Shown here one piece after another: positions 1 through 9,956 of a DNA stretch of 64,000 nucleotides. Location of the stretch: positions 64,001-128,000 of the IMG/VR virus record IMGVR_UViG_3300017917_005108. One strand, 5' to 3'. Positions within the stretch are counted from its first letter, which is position 1. Each line of letters starts with the position of its first letter. The position numbers and the translations under genes were made by a program. Source of the DNA: a virus. The notes beneath the pieces were generated by a model. The model ran no database searches. It saw only the letters and a program-made list of their open reading frames with translations, and was not told the origin of the DNA.

Positions 1-66
1 TGATTCTAAGCCTCTTGATAATTTATCAAGTTTTTCTAAAAGCTTCTCAAATAAAGCCTCATCCAT
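1..66 (-). CDS. 5' end of a late gene running off the window edge (MDEALFEKLLEKLDKLSRGLES...)
   Basis: Manual translation; TAAGTA late-box variant 5 nt upstream (72-77); follows the baseplate genes. Confidence 0.6.
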   Translation of the reverse strand, partial: MDEALFEKLLEKLDKLSRGLES

Positions 67-95
67 ATTAATACTTATAAAGAAGTATTAAGTTA

Positions 96-869
96 TTACT
101 CTTTAAAAAATAACCCTGAATCAATAACTAAATTAAAAGTATCTTCTCCATTAACAACTTCTAGAAGACGTTTTTCCTCATTGCGCACTATAGTAACAAC
201 ATCTACTAGCTTATTGTTAATTGACATGGGAAGTGTTTCAAAAGCTTTTGCTTTTTGTTCAAGCGTTAAATCATTAAAATCTATTTTATTTTCTTCTGTA
301 TCAACTTTAAAGCTAATACTTTTAATAAACTTTAAAAGCTCTACAACAAAAAGTTCACCTATAATTTCTCTTATTTTTTCTTCGTCTTTATACTTTTCAA
401 ACAGCTTTTTAACTTCAGTATTTATTTTTATATCGTCTTCTATAGTTGGTAGTTTAGTTGATACAGTAATATTGCCTTCAGTCAAATCAGTCTGACATGC
501 ATTTAAATCTATAGATGGCTTATAATTGTTTATTATATCTGTAATTGTTGTTTGAAATTTTTTATCTCCTTTTAAAAGTGTTATACTATCTCCAACACAG
601 CTTTTTCTTAGGTTTAATAGTATAAGAGACCTATCTATAACAAGAAAATTATGCTGTGCTGTAGAGTTATTTTTTATAATATTATTAGTAACTATAGAAA
701 AACTTATTGGAGACAGAATACCATCCATTGCTGTTTTAATTAATTCTTTCTGCTGCTTAATATTGATAGGAACAAAATTTACCTTATTATTTGTAGATAG
801 AACAAAGCTTTCAACTAAATTTCCAGTAGATGCTTTTTTAAGTTTTTCAAAAATGTTGGTTTCTACCAT
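96..869 (-). CDS. Baseplate hub subunit, T4 gp26-like
   Basis: N-terminal 'KVNFVPINIKQQKELIK' and 'DRSLILLNLRKSCVGD' resemble gp26 motifs; tail gene context; late box. Confidence 0.6.
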   Translation of the reverse strand: MVETNIFEKLKKASTGNLVESFVLSTNNKVNFVPINIKQQKELIKTAMDGILSPISFSIVTNNIIKNNSTAQHNFLVIDRSLILLNLRKSCVGDSITLLKGDKKFQTTITDIINNYKPSIDLNACQTDLTEGNITVSTKLPTIEDDIKINTEVKKLFEKYKDEEKIREIIGELFVVELLKFIKSISFKVDTEENKIDFNDLTLEQKAKAFETLPMSINNKLVDVVTIVRNEEKRLLEVVNGEDTFNLVIDSGLFFKE

Positions 870-874
870 AGAAG

Positions 875-880
875 TATTTA
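875..880 (-). promoter_or_regulatory. Representative gp55 late promoter box TAAATA, 5 nt before the start codon (one of more than 20)
   Basis: Same box at 1766, 2708, 3282, 5583, 8231, 8900, 11707, 11723, 13410, 14902, 22148, 37582, 38597, 42715, 44568, 45668, 48117, 49857, 50809, 62040, 63222. Confidence 0.85.
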
Positions 881-887
881 AACAGGG

Positions 888-1760
888 CTATTGTTTATCA
901 ACGTTTTTACCAATAGGTATATTTTTCTGTTCTGAAGCTTTCTTTATATCTTCTTGTTCTTTTAAATAAAAAGATAGTATTAAGGTTGATTCGGCTGGCG
1001 TAAGATTGAAATATTCGGATAAACTAATATTAAGCTTATTACAAAATATATAAATTAAGTTATAAAAATTTAGAAGATTGTCTTTATACAAGCTAGCTAA
1101 AAGTCCAAACCCTGTATTTTTTACTATGCTAAAAATAATTTTATTAATATTAAAGTTTTCATCATTTTCTATTAAAGTAATACTGTTTAAATCATTCTCT
1201 ATCTTATCTAAAAATTCTTTGGATTTTACAAACACGGTTCCTGGTAAGCTTTCTAATAATTTTTGTTGGTCGTATTCAGATTGAGAGTTTAATTCAATTA
1301 CTTCGTTGTTTATATAGATCTTATCAATACAAGATTGTATTAGCTCATCTACAGAAGAAAAATAAAGTTGTTTAGGTAGACAGAAGGTAATCTTTAACTC
1401 ATTATTAATATTAAAAAAATCTGTAGCAGATATATTTTCTAGTTGTTTGTATATCTTGCTAATTGGTATTTTTTTTGCATACTTAAATTGTTTTTTGTTT
1501 TCAAATTCAATATCAGGTGAAATACAAATACTTCTTATGTTTAAAAGGATAATGATTTTATCTATAATGTTAAGTTCATTTAAAATATTTTTATCTACAA
1601 TAATTTCATTTAATAAATTTTCAAAAAATAAATTTAATGTTTTAAAATCTTGATTTTGTATTATTTTTAAAAGATTAAAAAAATGTTTGTTTTTTAATTC
1701 ATAAAAATTTACGGTTCTATTGCCTGTAATTTGTATAGGTATAGAAAAAGCATCTATCAC
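888..1760 (-). CDS. Baseplate hub protein with a gp26-like N-terminus and a gp51-like C-terminus
   Basis: 'DKIIILLNIRSICISPDI' is gp26-like; 'NLLNFYNLIY...ISLSEYFNLTPAE' is gp51-like. Confidence 0.55.
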   Translation of the reverse strand: MIDAFSIPIQITGNRTVNFYELKNKHFFNLLKIIQNQDFKTLNLFFENLLNEIIVDKNILNELNIIDKIIILLNIRSICISPDIEFENKKQFKYAKKIPISKIYKQLENISATDFFNINNELKITFCLPKQLYFSSVDELIQSCIDKIYINNEVIELNSQSEYDQQKLLESLPGTVFVKSKEFLDKIENDLNSITLIENDENFNINKIIFSIVKNTGFGLLASLYKDNLLNFYNLIYIFCNKLNISLSEYFNLTPAESTLILSFYLKEQEDIKKASEQKNIPIGKNVDKQ

Positions 1761-1793
1761 AAATATATTTAAAAGTAAACTTTGATATTACAA

Positions 1794-2702
1794 TTATAAG
1801 AAGCCAAGCGGGTTTATACTTCCAATTCCATTTTGGAAGCTAGTAATTCTTGGTATTTCACCATTAGAAATTCTATTTACTATATCTGCTACAGGTAGAT
1901 ATAGACTATTTTCAATAGTATAATTACTGTAAGTCCAGTTTGTTGAAATAATCTGCTGTTTCTCTTCTGTATACTCTAATGATTGTGTATTAATTCTATA
2001 CGGTACGCAATTATAAAATGTATATACTTTTCTTGGTATCATAGAAATTGCATTTAAAGTTCTGGTATACTGTAAAAGTGTCATATTACATTTTATATTC
2101 ATTGGATCTTTTCTGTTGTTAATATCTCCAGGTCTTGCAGCAAATCCTAAATGTGAAGCTAGTATTGTCCAAGGCTTTAAAACAAAATCTATAAAAGAAG
2201 TATTTGTTTCGCGAAATTCAATTTGTAAATCATTGCTTGTATTAACTCTTGGCCCTGCTAATGTGCCAGGAAGGTATCCTCTATTATTAGGTACAGATAC
2301 TCTTTCAACTTCATATTCTTCAGAGGGTATAGTTGCACCATAAGCAAATAAACAACCTATTATTTTTTGTAATGGAAAACTAGCTAAAATAGTTTTAGCA
2401 GTAGATACATCAAAACCTTTCTTACCTCCATCAACTCTTTCTAATCCCTGCATAACTTGTGTTCTAATAGCAGCAGGGTAATTATCTATTACCACAATCC
2501 ATTGCGTAGACATGGGAATCGCAGTAAACCAAGATTCCATTTGTACTAAAAAATAATCTCTTGGACTTACTATAGGGACACCAGGAATATTAAATCCAAA
2601 TAAATTAGTAACTTGCGGAGCAAATAGCGGATTAGTACCGTTTCCAATACCTTGAAGGTTATTAGTAAATCCTTGGAGTGCTGAGGAGAACGGATCGTTC
2701 AC
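1794..2702 (-). CDS. Tail tube-fold protein (gp54/gp19-like tube initiator)
   Basis: 'LQIEFRET...PW', 'YTFYNCVP', 'WTYSNY' tube-fold pattern; directly downstream of the tube gene. Confidence 0.55.
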   Translation of the reverse strand: MNDPFSSALQGFTNNLQGIGNGTNPLFAPQVTNLFGFNIPGVPIVSPRDYFLVQMESWFTAIPMSTQWIVVIDNYPAAIRTQVMQGLERVDGGKKGFDVSTAKTILASFPLQKIIGCLFAYGATIPSEEYEVERVSVPNNRGYLPGTLAGPRVNTSNDLQIEFRETNTSFIDFVLKPWTILASHLGFAARPGDINNRKDPMNIKCNMTLLQYTRTLNAISMIPRKVYTFYNCVPYRINTQSLEYTEEKQQIISTNWTYSNYTIENSLYLPVADIVNRISNGEIPRITSFQNGIGSINPLGFL

Positions 2703-2726
2703 CTAATTATTTAATCCGTAACTATA

Positions 2727-3275
2727 TTATGTTGTGTTTCTCCAGTAATGATAGGAGATAGTAGCGGTAAATTCAACCGTATTACCTGTGCCTTCAGAAA
2801 TATTGAATGTCATAGGTCCAACACTTCTAACGGAAACGCCTACTAATTGATACTGTGCTACTCTGTTCATTTGATTGTCTAGCTGTACAAGATCAATAAC
2901 GGCAGTCTGCTTAGGAGCAAAATAATTACCTGTGCTAGTCCCGTCATTGAAAACAGCTTGTGACCATTGTTCAAATTTTTGACGAATTTGAGATTTTGAG
3001 TCAGCATAGAATGTTAATGTATATGCATCAGAACCAGGATATACAGCGTTACCTGGGACATTAAAATTTAATCCCATATATGGTACTGGAATATTTGTAA
3101 TAGCTCTTTCAGGGAGTGTAGCTGTCTTTACATATACTAAGTCATTATCATCAAATGTAATGTCGCTAACTCCTCCAGTATTAATAGATAATACTCTAAA
3201 GTTATAATCACGTGCAAATTCACGTGTCTGTGCTACTCTATAGAAGTCTTGAATAAGTTGATTTACGTCTGCCAT
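2727..3275 (-). CDS. 19: Tail tube protein (gp19)
   Basis: 'KTATLPER...VPYMG...PG...TLTFY...IRQKFEQW', 'VQLD', 'EFTATISYHYW'; follows the sheath gene. Confidence 0.85.
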   Translation of the reverse strand: MADVNQLIQDFYRVAQTREFARDYNFRVLSINTGGVSDITFDDNDLVYVKTATLPERAITNIPVPYMGLNFNVPGNAVYPGSDAYTLTFYADSKSQIRQKFEQWSQAVFNDGTSTGNYFAPKQTAVIDLVQLDNQMNRVAQYQLVGVSVRSVGPMTFNISEGTGNTVEFTATISYHYWRNTT

Positions 3276-3290
3276 ATAAATTATTTATTC

Positions 3291-5576
3291 TTATGAAACA
3301 ATCTCCTGGAAGTTTGTTCCTGTTCTTGTTGCATAGAAGTTAGCTAAGATATATTCAGCTGTTCTTACAGGCTTAATATAAATGTCAACTACTAATGAAT
3401 TGTCATCAATTACAGCAGCTGTATTATTACGTTCATCACATATGATGAGGTAATCATATATACCTTGTGTATTCTTAGCATTTTCAAACAAAGGTGTCAA
3501 TGTATTGACAACTTGTGTTCTTGTAAAGAGTGTATTTGGCTCAAAGACAAACAACTTAACAGTGTCGCGGGTAGCTGTCTCAAGATTTAAGAACAATCTA
3601 CGTACGTTAATTCTGTCAAATGCACTTGGTACTTTCTGTAATGTCTTTTGACCAAAGATTACAAATCCTTCAGCAGGGAAGAATGCAATAGGATTAATAT
3701 TAATCTTGTAAAGATCATCTCTTTGCTTTTGCTTAGGATAATAAGCTGTATCTGTTACACCTTGAATAAGACCGCGTGTAAACCCTGCGGGTGCGTACCA
3801 TGGTTGATAATTTGTATCTGTATTAGCCATTGCAGCTGCTACAAATCCAGAAGATGGTACCCATACCGGTAGGTTAGAAGCAATATCAGTTACTCTTACG
3901 CAAGAACCAAATGTGCAAGCATAGCTTGTATCAATACCTGTAAATTGATTCTTTAATGGCCAGTATATATCAGTAGAGAATGATTTTGTAGGTTCATCAA
4001 TTGTCTTAATACCACCAGATACTAATATATTGGTAAGAGGATCTAGTATAGCAAGATTATCTTTACGCTTTACACCTGCAAAGGATACAAATTCACTTGC
4101 TACTGCAAGATAATTGCTTGCTGCAGCAGGAAGAGAAGTTGCTCTCTGTGCTGTTAGTGCATTAAAGGCAGAATCATAAGTTACCGTATCATCAAAGTAA
4201 CCTGATGTGGCGGGGTTAAATGAGTTTACATAAACTGTACCAAGACCAGCTTCAACAACAAGATTAATTGGATAAATGTCAACATTTTCAACTTTATCAA
4301 ATAGCTTGCTAACCTTAGTAGGTACACTGCCAATTATCTTTGTGGATAGATCAGCATTAGAATAATCACCAATTGCAAACAATGCATCGGTATCACCATA
4401 CTGCGTACGCATTTCATTAACAACGGCTTGTGGTGCACCTACTCTTGCTGTATAGTCTGAACCAGATTCACCGGCAAGAGGAGCTCCTAAGCGAGGTGTT
4501 AGGAAGCGAACCTTCTTTGTTGGTACCCCATCAATGTTAAGCCATGTGTTAGCTCCCTTATTGGAAATATAAGGATTAATTAAAGTAACTACCTGCAAGG
4601 AGCTATCATCCAATGTTTCAATAGAGAAGCTTTGTGCAGGGCCTCCGTTGGTAGAATTTCTTTGTCTATTAGCATCAAAGGAACCAACATAGCTTTCATC
4701 AAGAACATAACCTAATGCAATTGTATCAGGTGAAAATACTGATTGACGTAATTTAAACACTGTTAATATTGCAGTGTCGTCATAATCATTTCCGGAAATA
4801 TCAAAAGAAGGAACATCTTCAATTACTTGAGATATGCTATTACCTGGCCCTGTAGAAGAAGCAGATAGAGTGAAATCTAATCTTGCATCAGGAAGTGTAA
4901 TATAATTTGTAATTGATGCATTAGTAGAATTAATTGATAGTACTCTATTTACATCGTCATATTCTGTAGCAGGATTTAAGTTAGTATTATCAGAAAATCC
5001 TAGATAATACCCTTCATATCTGGTATTAATTGTGGATTGAGATTTGTTTAGAACAATAACGCCTGCAGCACTTAATGAAGTAACACCACTAAATACTTTA
5101 GTTCCAGATGTATTGTTGGACCATGTAAATCCGTCGCCCTTGAGAATACTAATATACTGCTCTTGTGTGAGCTTTAAGTGTGTTGGTTTACCGAAGAAAT
5201 AATTTGCAGAAGGTGCAACTAGGCTTGTTGAAGAAAGCCCGTTGATATAGGAAACAACAGGATAGACTAATGCACTGTAACTATCGGATGTATCTGCCCC
5301 AGCACCAACGCCATATGGTAGTCTATATACTAAAACGTCTGCAGGGCTTTGAAAAGAGGCTTTAACAGAATGATAAAAATATCTTTCAGCGGCATTTGTT
5401 GGTTGGCCGTAAATTTGTTCAAATTCTGATAAGCTGCTAACTTTAATTGGTTCGGAAACAGGACCTTTTGGAGCAAAACCGGGTACTAATATTGTAGTTA
5501 CTGGGTTAGCTGCTGCTCGCAATGAAAGATCTACTTCACTAATTTGTACACCTGGACTTTGTATTTGACGGGCCAT
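3291..5576 (-). CDS. 18: Contractile tail sheath protein (gp18)
   Basis: 'SPGVQISEVDLS', 'PWYAPAGFTRG', 'FGQKTLQ', 'SAFDRINVRRLF', 'FEPN', 'IYIKPVRTAEYI'. Confidence 0.95.
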   Translation of the reverse strand: MARQIQSPGVQISEVDLSLRAAANPVTTILVPGFAPKGPVSEPIKVSSLSEFEQIYGQPTNAAERYFYHSVKASFQSPADVLVYRLPYGVGAGADTSDSYSALVYPVVSYINGLSSTSLVAPSANYFFGKPTHLKLTQEQYISILKGDGFTWSNNTSGTKVFSGVTSLSAAGVIVLNKSQSTINTRYEGYYLGFSDNTNLNPATEYDDVNRVLSINSTNASITNYITLPDARLDFTLSASSTGPGNSISQVIEDVPSFDISGNDYDDTAILTVFKLRQSVFSPDTIALGYVLDESYVGSFDANRQRNSTNGGPAQSFSIETLDDSSLQVVTLINPYISNKGANTWLNIDGVPTKKVRFLTPRLGAPLAGESGSDYTARVGAPQAVVNEMRTQYGDTDALFAIGDYSNADLSTKIIGSVPTKVSKLFDKVENVDIYPINLVVEAGLGTVYVNSFNPATSGYFDDTVTYDSAFNALTAQRATSLPAAASNYLAVASEFVSFAGVKRKDNLAILDPLTNILVSGGIKTIDEPTKSFSTDIYWPLKNQFTGIDTSYACTFGSCVRVTDIASNLPVWVPSSGFVAAAMANTDTNYQPWYAPAGFTRGLIQGVTDTAYYPKQKQRDDLYKININPIAFFPAEGFVIFGQKTLQKVPSAFDRINVRRLFLNLETATRDTVKLFVFEPNTLFTRTQVVNTLTPLFENAKNTQGIYDYLIICDERNNTAAVIDDNSLVVDIYIKPVRTAEYILANFYATRTGTNFQEIVS

Positions 5577-5619
5577 ATAAAATATTTATTGAAATCAAGA
5601 TAAAGTTTTTGAAAAAAAA

Positions 5620-6255
5620 TTATAAGCTTTCAACGTTTTCCTGTAAATTTACAACTAATTGTGCAAAAGCAAAGGTAAAAGATGTCTCAACTTCATCGGG
5701 AGTCCTGTAATTAAATGAAATACCGCCTAAAGAAACAGGAAAAGCTTGAATATATTTAAATTCAGCAACTCTCTTATTATATTCATCTAGTGCAAAAATA
5801 GATATATTAGATTTGTATTCAGCATTAAAATCGGTTGTTATTAATTTTCTTTTAGCAGGATCTCTAGTTAATCCATCTTTATCATACATACCAGTCTTTG
5901 CATCGTTAAGTAAATTTAACCAGGAATATATGACCCAGTAATTATTAAATCTGTTGTCTACAGTAAAATTAACTGTAACAGGGTCATAAGGTGGTCTGGT
6001 AAGACTAGATGTAGTAAGTGTTTGACCGGAGTAAGATATGTCTAGTTTAGGAATATTAATATCTGGTACAATGCTTCCAAAAACAGAAAATTGTAGTGTA
6101 TCGGGGTTTACTGTTGAATCTGCCCTTACAAATTTTTTTGAGATAGATTTTAAAGCATCGGGCAAATTTAAAATTAATAAAAATTTATCTTTACGCTGCT
6201 TATTAAAAGGACTTTGAATGTACGGTTCTACATTAGGCATTATATTTTTCTCCAT
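5620..6255 (-). CDS. Tail tube terminator/completion protein (gp3-like); real start may be 6240
   Basis: 'YDPVTVNFTVDNRFNNYWVIYSW', 'AFPVSLGGISF'. Confidence 0.7.
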   Translation of the reverse strand: MEKNIMPNVEPYIQSPFNKQRKDKFLLILNLPDALKSISKKFVRADSTVNPDTLQFSVFGSIVPDINIPKLDISYSGQTLTTSSLTRPPYDPVTVNFTVDNRFNNYWVIYSWLNLLNDAKTGMYDKDGLTRDPAKRKLITTDFNAEYKSNISIFALDEYNKRVAEFKYIQAFPVSLGGISFNYRTPDEVETSFTFAFAQLVVNLQENVESL

Positions 6256-7940
6256 CCCTGTGATTCAAGGTCAGCAATGTCATTGAAATCTTGGTTATTA
6301 TTTCCCTGCATAATAATAGGCAGGGGAGTGTATGCTGTTTTATTTCTTTCATTGTTATATATGCTTGCAGGGTTCACATAATATTTAATACCATAATCTA
6401 ATTGTTTTATTTTAAGAGGTTTTTTATTTTCGTCAAATTCTACTACTTCAAAATATTTTTCAGACAGCTCATTTTCAAGTATGATTAAGCTCCATACTAA
6501 ACTCATTACTCTGTCATCCCAGTTATCAGCTCCTGGCTTTGCACCCCATGTGCCATTTGCATAACGTATAAAATTTTTAAGCTCTATTAAAGTGTTTATA
6601 TCATGGAGCTTGACTGCTCTAATTTCATTAATCCAATATCTCATATTAGTAACACCTTTATATTTGGTGTTAGTATGTGCTTGTACACCTATCTTATTAG
6701 CATTAACAGTATTCTTTATGCCATATGAAACAATATTCTCGTAATGATAAGTGTTTTTAAGCTGGTCAACAACTTGCGCACCGCAATTATTTCTTTCTAT
6801 TAATGCTAGTGGTGATCCCCAATGCTGCAGAATATCATTTAATTTAGCAGTAAAATTGTAAGGTGAAATATTTCTATCATGGTAAGTAGCTACCTGCTCA
6901 ATACTTCTTAAATTTGTTATGTCTAATATTTGTACAACGCTTGCAGCTTCACCGACGCCCTCACTTATGTCTACGCCTGCTACATATATATGATCTTGTT
7001 TGTATGAATCCCAAAGTAGATACTTTCCATCTTCGTATACAAAATCAGGATCTCTCACTTCAGTTTTTAATTCTTCAAAAAGTTTTTCATTTATTGAACT
7101 CTCACCTGTCTGTAAAAACTCATTACAAAATTCTTGTTGAAATGCTTCTACGCTGCCAAGTGTTCTAATTGTCTTCTCTTTCCAGTCTTCATCTCTTCCA
7201 GGAACTTCCCACCAATCAACTCTTTCAGGATGCCAGCCATTTTTACCTTCAATAGCTCCTGTATATAACTCATGAAACAAATTTCCTGTACCATTAGGGG
7301 TACTTGCAATAAAAATTTTTGATTTTTTAGAAGATGAAATAATTGGATAAACAGATTTCCAAAACTGCTCTACCAAATGATTATCAATAAATGCCAACTC
7401 GTCCAATATTAAGCAATTAACAGAACTGCCTCTACCTGCATCAGAGGATGTGGTCGAAATACCTATTGAGCTTCCATTACCAAGAGTCATTGATGTCTTA
7501 CCATATTCCACTGCTCCGGGTTTTAGATAATTTGGTAATTGCTCATAAGCTAATCTTATTCTTTTAAAAATATTAATTGCTGTACTCTCTTTATTTGCTA
7601 CAACTAAAATATTTTGATCTTCATTAAAGCATGCAATCCATAATGCATATATGGTCATCATTGTACTTTTACCGCTTTGTCTAGATGATAGTAAAACAAC
7701 AAATCTATTATCTCTTAATGCTCTTAAAATTTTTCTTTGATAATTATGCAGTTTGATCTTTATTCTTCCTTGATCGAGGTTTACAATATAGAAAAAGTTT
7801 TCTGCAAAATATAGAATGTTTTTTCTACATTTATCTATATCTTTTACCCATTGAGGGTTTTCGGCATAATTAAAAGCAGCATCAGGTCTTGGTAGGTTTT
7901 GATTACCTAGATAAAATTGTTTGCTGTTCTTCTCACTCAT
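6240..7940 (-). CDS. 17: Terminase large subunit (gp17)
   Basis: 'YLGNQNLP', Walker A 'SRQSGKST', 'LILDELAF', 'STPNG', 'FQQEF', 'GVDISEG', 'DDRVMS'. Confidence 0.95.
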   Translation of the reverse strand: MSEKNSKQFYLGNQNLPRPDAAFNYAENPQWVKDIDKCRKNILYFAENFFYIVNLDQGRIKIKLHNYQRKILRALRDNRFVVLLSSRQSGKSTMMTIYALWIACFNEDQNILVVANKESTAINIFKRIRLAYEQLPNYLKPGAVEYGKTSMTLGNGSSIGISTTSSDAGRGSSVNCLILDELAFIDNHLVEQFWKSVYPIISSSKKSKIFIASTPNGTGNLFHELYTGAIEGKNGWHPERVDWWEVPGRDEDWKEKTIRTLGSVEAFQQEFCNEFLQTGESSINEKLFEELKTEVRDPDFVYEDGKYLLWDSYKQDHIYVAGVDISEGVGEAASVVQILDITNLRSIEQVATYHDRNISPYNFTAKLNDILQHWGSPLALIERNNCGAQVVDQLKNTYHYENIVSYGIKNTVNANKIGVQAHTNTKYKGVTNMRYWINEIRAVKLHDINTLIELKNFIRYANGTWGAKPGADNWDDRVMSLVWSLIILENELSEKYFEVVEFDENKKPLKIKQLDYGIKYYVNPASIYNNERNKTAYTPLPIIMQGNNNQDFNDIADLESQGWRKI

Positions 7941-7943
7941 TAC

Positions 7944-7955
7944 TATAAATATTTA
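7944..7955. promoter_or_regulatory. Overlapping divergent late promoters (palindrome TAAATATTTA) for the terminase and the 7957 gene
   Basis: TATAAATA at 7944-7951 (+) and TAAATA at 7955-7950 (-) in a 16-nt intergenic gap. Confidence 0.7.
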
Positions 7956-7956
7956 C

Positions 7957-8847
7957 ATGAATAAATCACGTGAGCTAGTAGAAATGGGAAATCTTTATAC
8001 TGAAAAGGTTACGTTTCCTCCAAAAGGAACGTTTGAACTCGCATCAGATACTAAAGAAAAAAAGAAACCATTTGTTGGTAAAACTTCAGGTCCAGAAGCA
8101 GCTGACGGGTTTAAAAAAGAAGCAGTTACAGATCCTAAGGTTACAAAAAATAAAGAAACCTTTCAAGATGTAAAAAACTTTTCTTCAGAAAAATTTAATG
8201 AAAATGTTGGAAAAAGTGAAACGAAGAATATAAATAATTACATGAGCAACATATTTGATAAACTTTTTGAAGATGTAATGGGTCTATCCCAGGATGATCA
8301 GGATGCAAAAGATCTAGGTCTAACTCCTGAAGTAGGTGGCGAAGTAGCCCCTGAGGTAGGCGGTGAAGAAGTAACTATTACACTTGATAAAGCTACAGCT
8401 CAAAAGCTTCATGATTTGTTAATGGCTGCTATCGGTGGTGAAGAAGAAAAGAAAGAAGATGAAGGTTCTGATGAAGGTGAAGCTTCTGATGAATCAGAAG
8501 ACGCCGAAGAAAATGCCGAAGAAAAGAAGAAACACGGTGAAGATGAAGAAGAAGAAGAGGATGCCGAAGAGATTGCTGGTGAAGCAACTGAATTAAAGGA
8601 AGTTCCTGCCTCTGCTGGTCATTCTTTACAGAGCAAGAATAACAAGGTTGGCGATGTAACAGCTGGTCTTGTTGCTAAAGGTGGCGGTGATGGTAAAGTT
8701 ACCGATAAGGTAGGTAATGACGGTGATAAAGGACATGCACTAGTAGGTGCAGGTGTAAAAGGTGGCGCTCCTACATCACCAAAGGGTAAGGCAAACGTTG
8801 TACCCGGTAAGGCTTCCAACGTTGGTCAGTACATCACACAGAAATAA
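7957..8847 (+). CDS. Acidic, low-complexity late protein (possible prohead core/internal protein); second in-frame start at 8242
   Basis: TATAAATA 5 nt before ATG 7957 and again before ATG 8242; Glu-rich middle, Gly/Lys-rich tail. Confidence 0.6.
   Translation: MNKSRELVEMGNLYTEKVTFPPKGTFELASDTKEKKKPFVGKTSGPEAADGFKKEAVTDPKVTKNKETFQDVKNFSSEKFNENVGKSETKNINNYMSNIFDKLFEDVMGLSQDDQDAKDLGLTPEVGGEVAPEVGGEEVTITLDKATAQKLHDLLMAAIGGEEEKKEDEGSDEGEASDESEDAEENAEEKKKHGEDEEEEEDAEEIAGEATELKEVPASAGHSLQSKNNKVGDVTAGLVAKGGGDGKVTDKVGNDGDKGHALVGAGVKGGAPTSPKGKANVVPGKASNVGQYITQK
8326..8367 (+). repeat. Short coding tandem repeat (PEVGGEVA-PEVGGE)
   Basis: cctgaagtaggtggcgaa / cctgaggtaggcggtgaa. Confidence 0.6.
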
Positions 8848-8864
8848 TTAAATATTTCTAAATT

Positions 8865-8896
8865 AAAAAGCCTAACGAAAGTTAGGCTTTTTTTTT
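8865..8896. terminator. Rho-independent terminator, probably bidirectional
   Basis: aaaaagcctaac-gaaa-gttaggcttttttttt: perfect stem, GAAA loop, T-tract. Confidence 0.9.
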
Positions 8897-8910
8897 GATT
8901 AAATAATGTT

Positions 8911-9219
8911 ATGGACTCTTTTAATAAATTTTTCAATATAAATCTCGGTCCTAAGAAGAGATATATGCATCCAACATTAGATACAAAGAGACCGCATGAA
9001 ACTGTACCTGTTATGCATAGAACTAAACACGACGTATATAAGTTTAAGATATTGAAAGGTAGAAATAAAGGCAAATTTAATATAACAGATAGAGAAGCTT
9101 CTGAATTAATGAAGAAATTTAATGTAAGGTTTTCACAGTCTGAAAGAGCTACTTTAGGTAATACTGGTATTATGCTTTACAAAAACCTTGATGGCGGGGG
9201 TTATATTATACAAAAATGA
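8911..9219 (+). CDS. Hypothetical basic late protein
   Basis: ORF; TAAATA at 8900-8905; starts MDSFNKFF. Confidence 0.65.
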   Translation: MDSFNKFFNINLGPKKRYMHPTLDTKRPHETVPVMHRTKHDVYKFKILKGRNKGKFNITDREASELMKKFNVRFSQSERATLGNTGIMLYKNLDGGGYIIQK

Positions 9220-9956
9220 CAAACGAAGATTGTACGAATTATTATAAAGGCAATATTGAGATATTAACATATCCTGCTGCTAATGGTAATACTAATGAAT
9301 GTTTTTCTTTTGTTGATAAAAATCAAAATTCTAGCAATATAACGCTATACGACAATTATTGGAAAGAACAAATTAATCTTTACGGTCAAACGGTTGGTTA
9401 TATTGTTAATAATACAACTACTTTAAGTGCTGATATGTTATATGGTGAACAACCTACACAGGCATATTCACCTCCGGTTTATATTAAGATGTTAGTTGAG
9501 TTAAATGATAATGCATTAATGCTTTCTAAATATGGACTTCAATCTGATGATGAAGTTACTGCCTTCATTCATATATCATCTTTTTATGAAGTTTTTGGTT
9601 ATCCAAACGAACCAAAGTCAGGAGACTTATTTCAATTAACTGAATTTGGTAATGATAGACCAGGCGGTAGAACCGGTAAGATATTTGAAATTACAGAAAG
9701 ATTAGATGAAGATTCAGCTAGAATAAACCAATTGATGGGTCATTATGTATGGTTAGTAAAAGCAAAGAGATTTGAATATAGCTTTGAACCGGGTTTATCT
9801 GGTGGTGAAACAGTAAATCAACAAGTATATGATGATACTAAAAGCCCTGGTGTATCGGGTGCTGATAAGCCATATAATTATGATGTTAACAATGCAGGTA
9901 AGAAAGTGTTTGACTATAGTAAAACTGACTACGGTGGTGTATACGGTGGCTATTAA
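9216..9956 (+). CDS. 14: Neck/head-closure protein (gp14-like)
   Basis: 'EQINLYGQTVGY', 'DMLYGE', 'SKYGLQSDDEVTAFI', 'PKSGDL', 'IFEIT', 'FEYS'. Confidence 0.75.
   Translation: MTNEDCTNYYKGNIEILTYPAANGNTNECFSFVDKNQNSSNITLYDNYWKEQINLYGQTVGYIVNNTTTLSADMLYGEQPTQAYSPPVYIKMLVELNDNALMLSKYGLQSDDEVTAFIHISSFYEVFGYPNEPKSGDLFQLTEFGNDRPGGRTGKIFEITERLDEDSARINQLMGHYVWLVKAKRFEYSFEPGLSGGETVNQQVYDDTKSPGVSGADKPYNYDVNNAGKKVFDYSKTDYGGVYGGY

Noticed and set aside
7921-7956. Track start at TTG 7921 (similarly 35559, 34979, 43138, 48348)
   Set aside because: These extensions overlap neighbouring genes or promoter boxes, and downstream ATGs fit the promoter spacing or gene coupling better.
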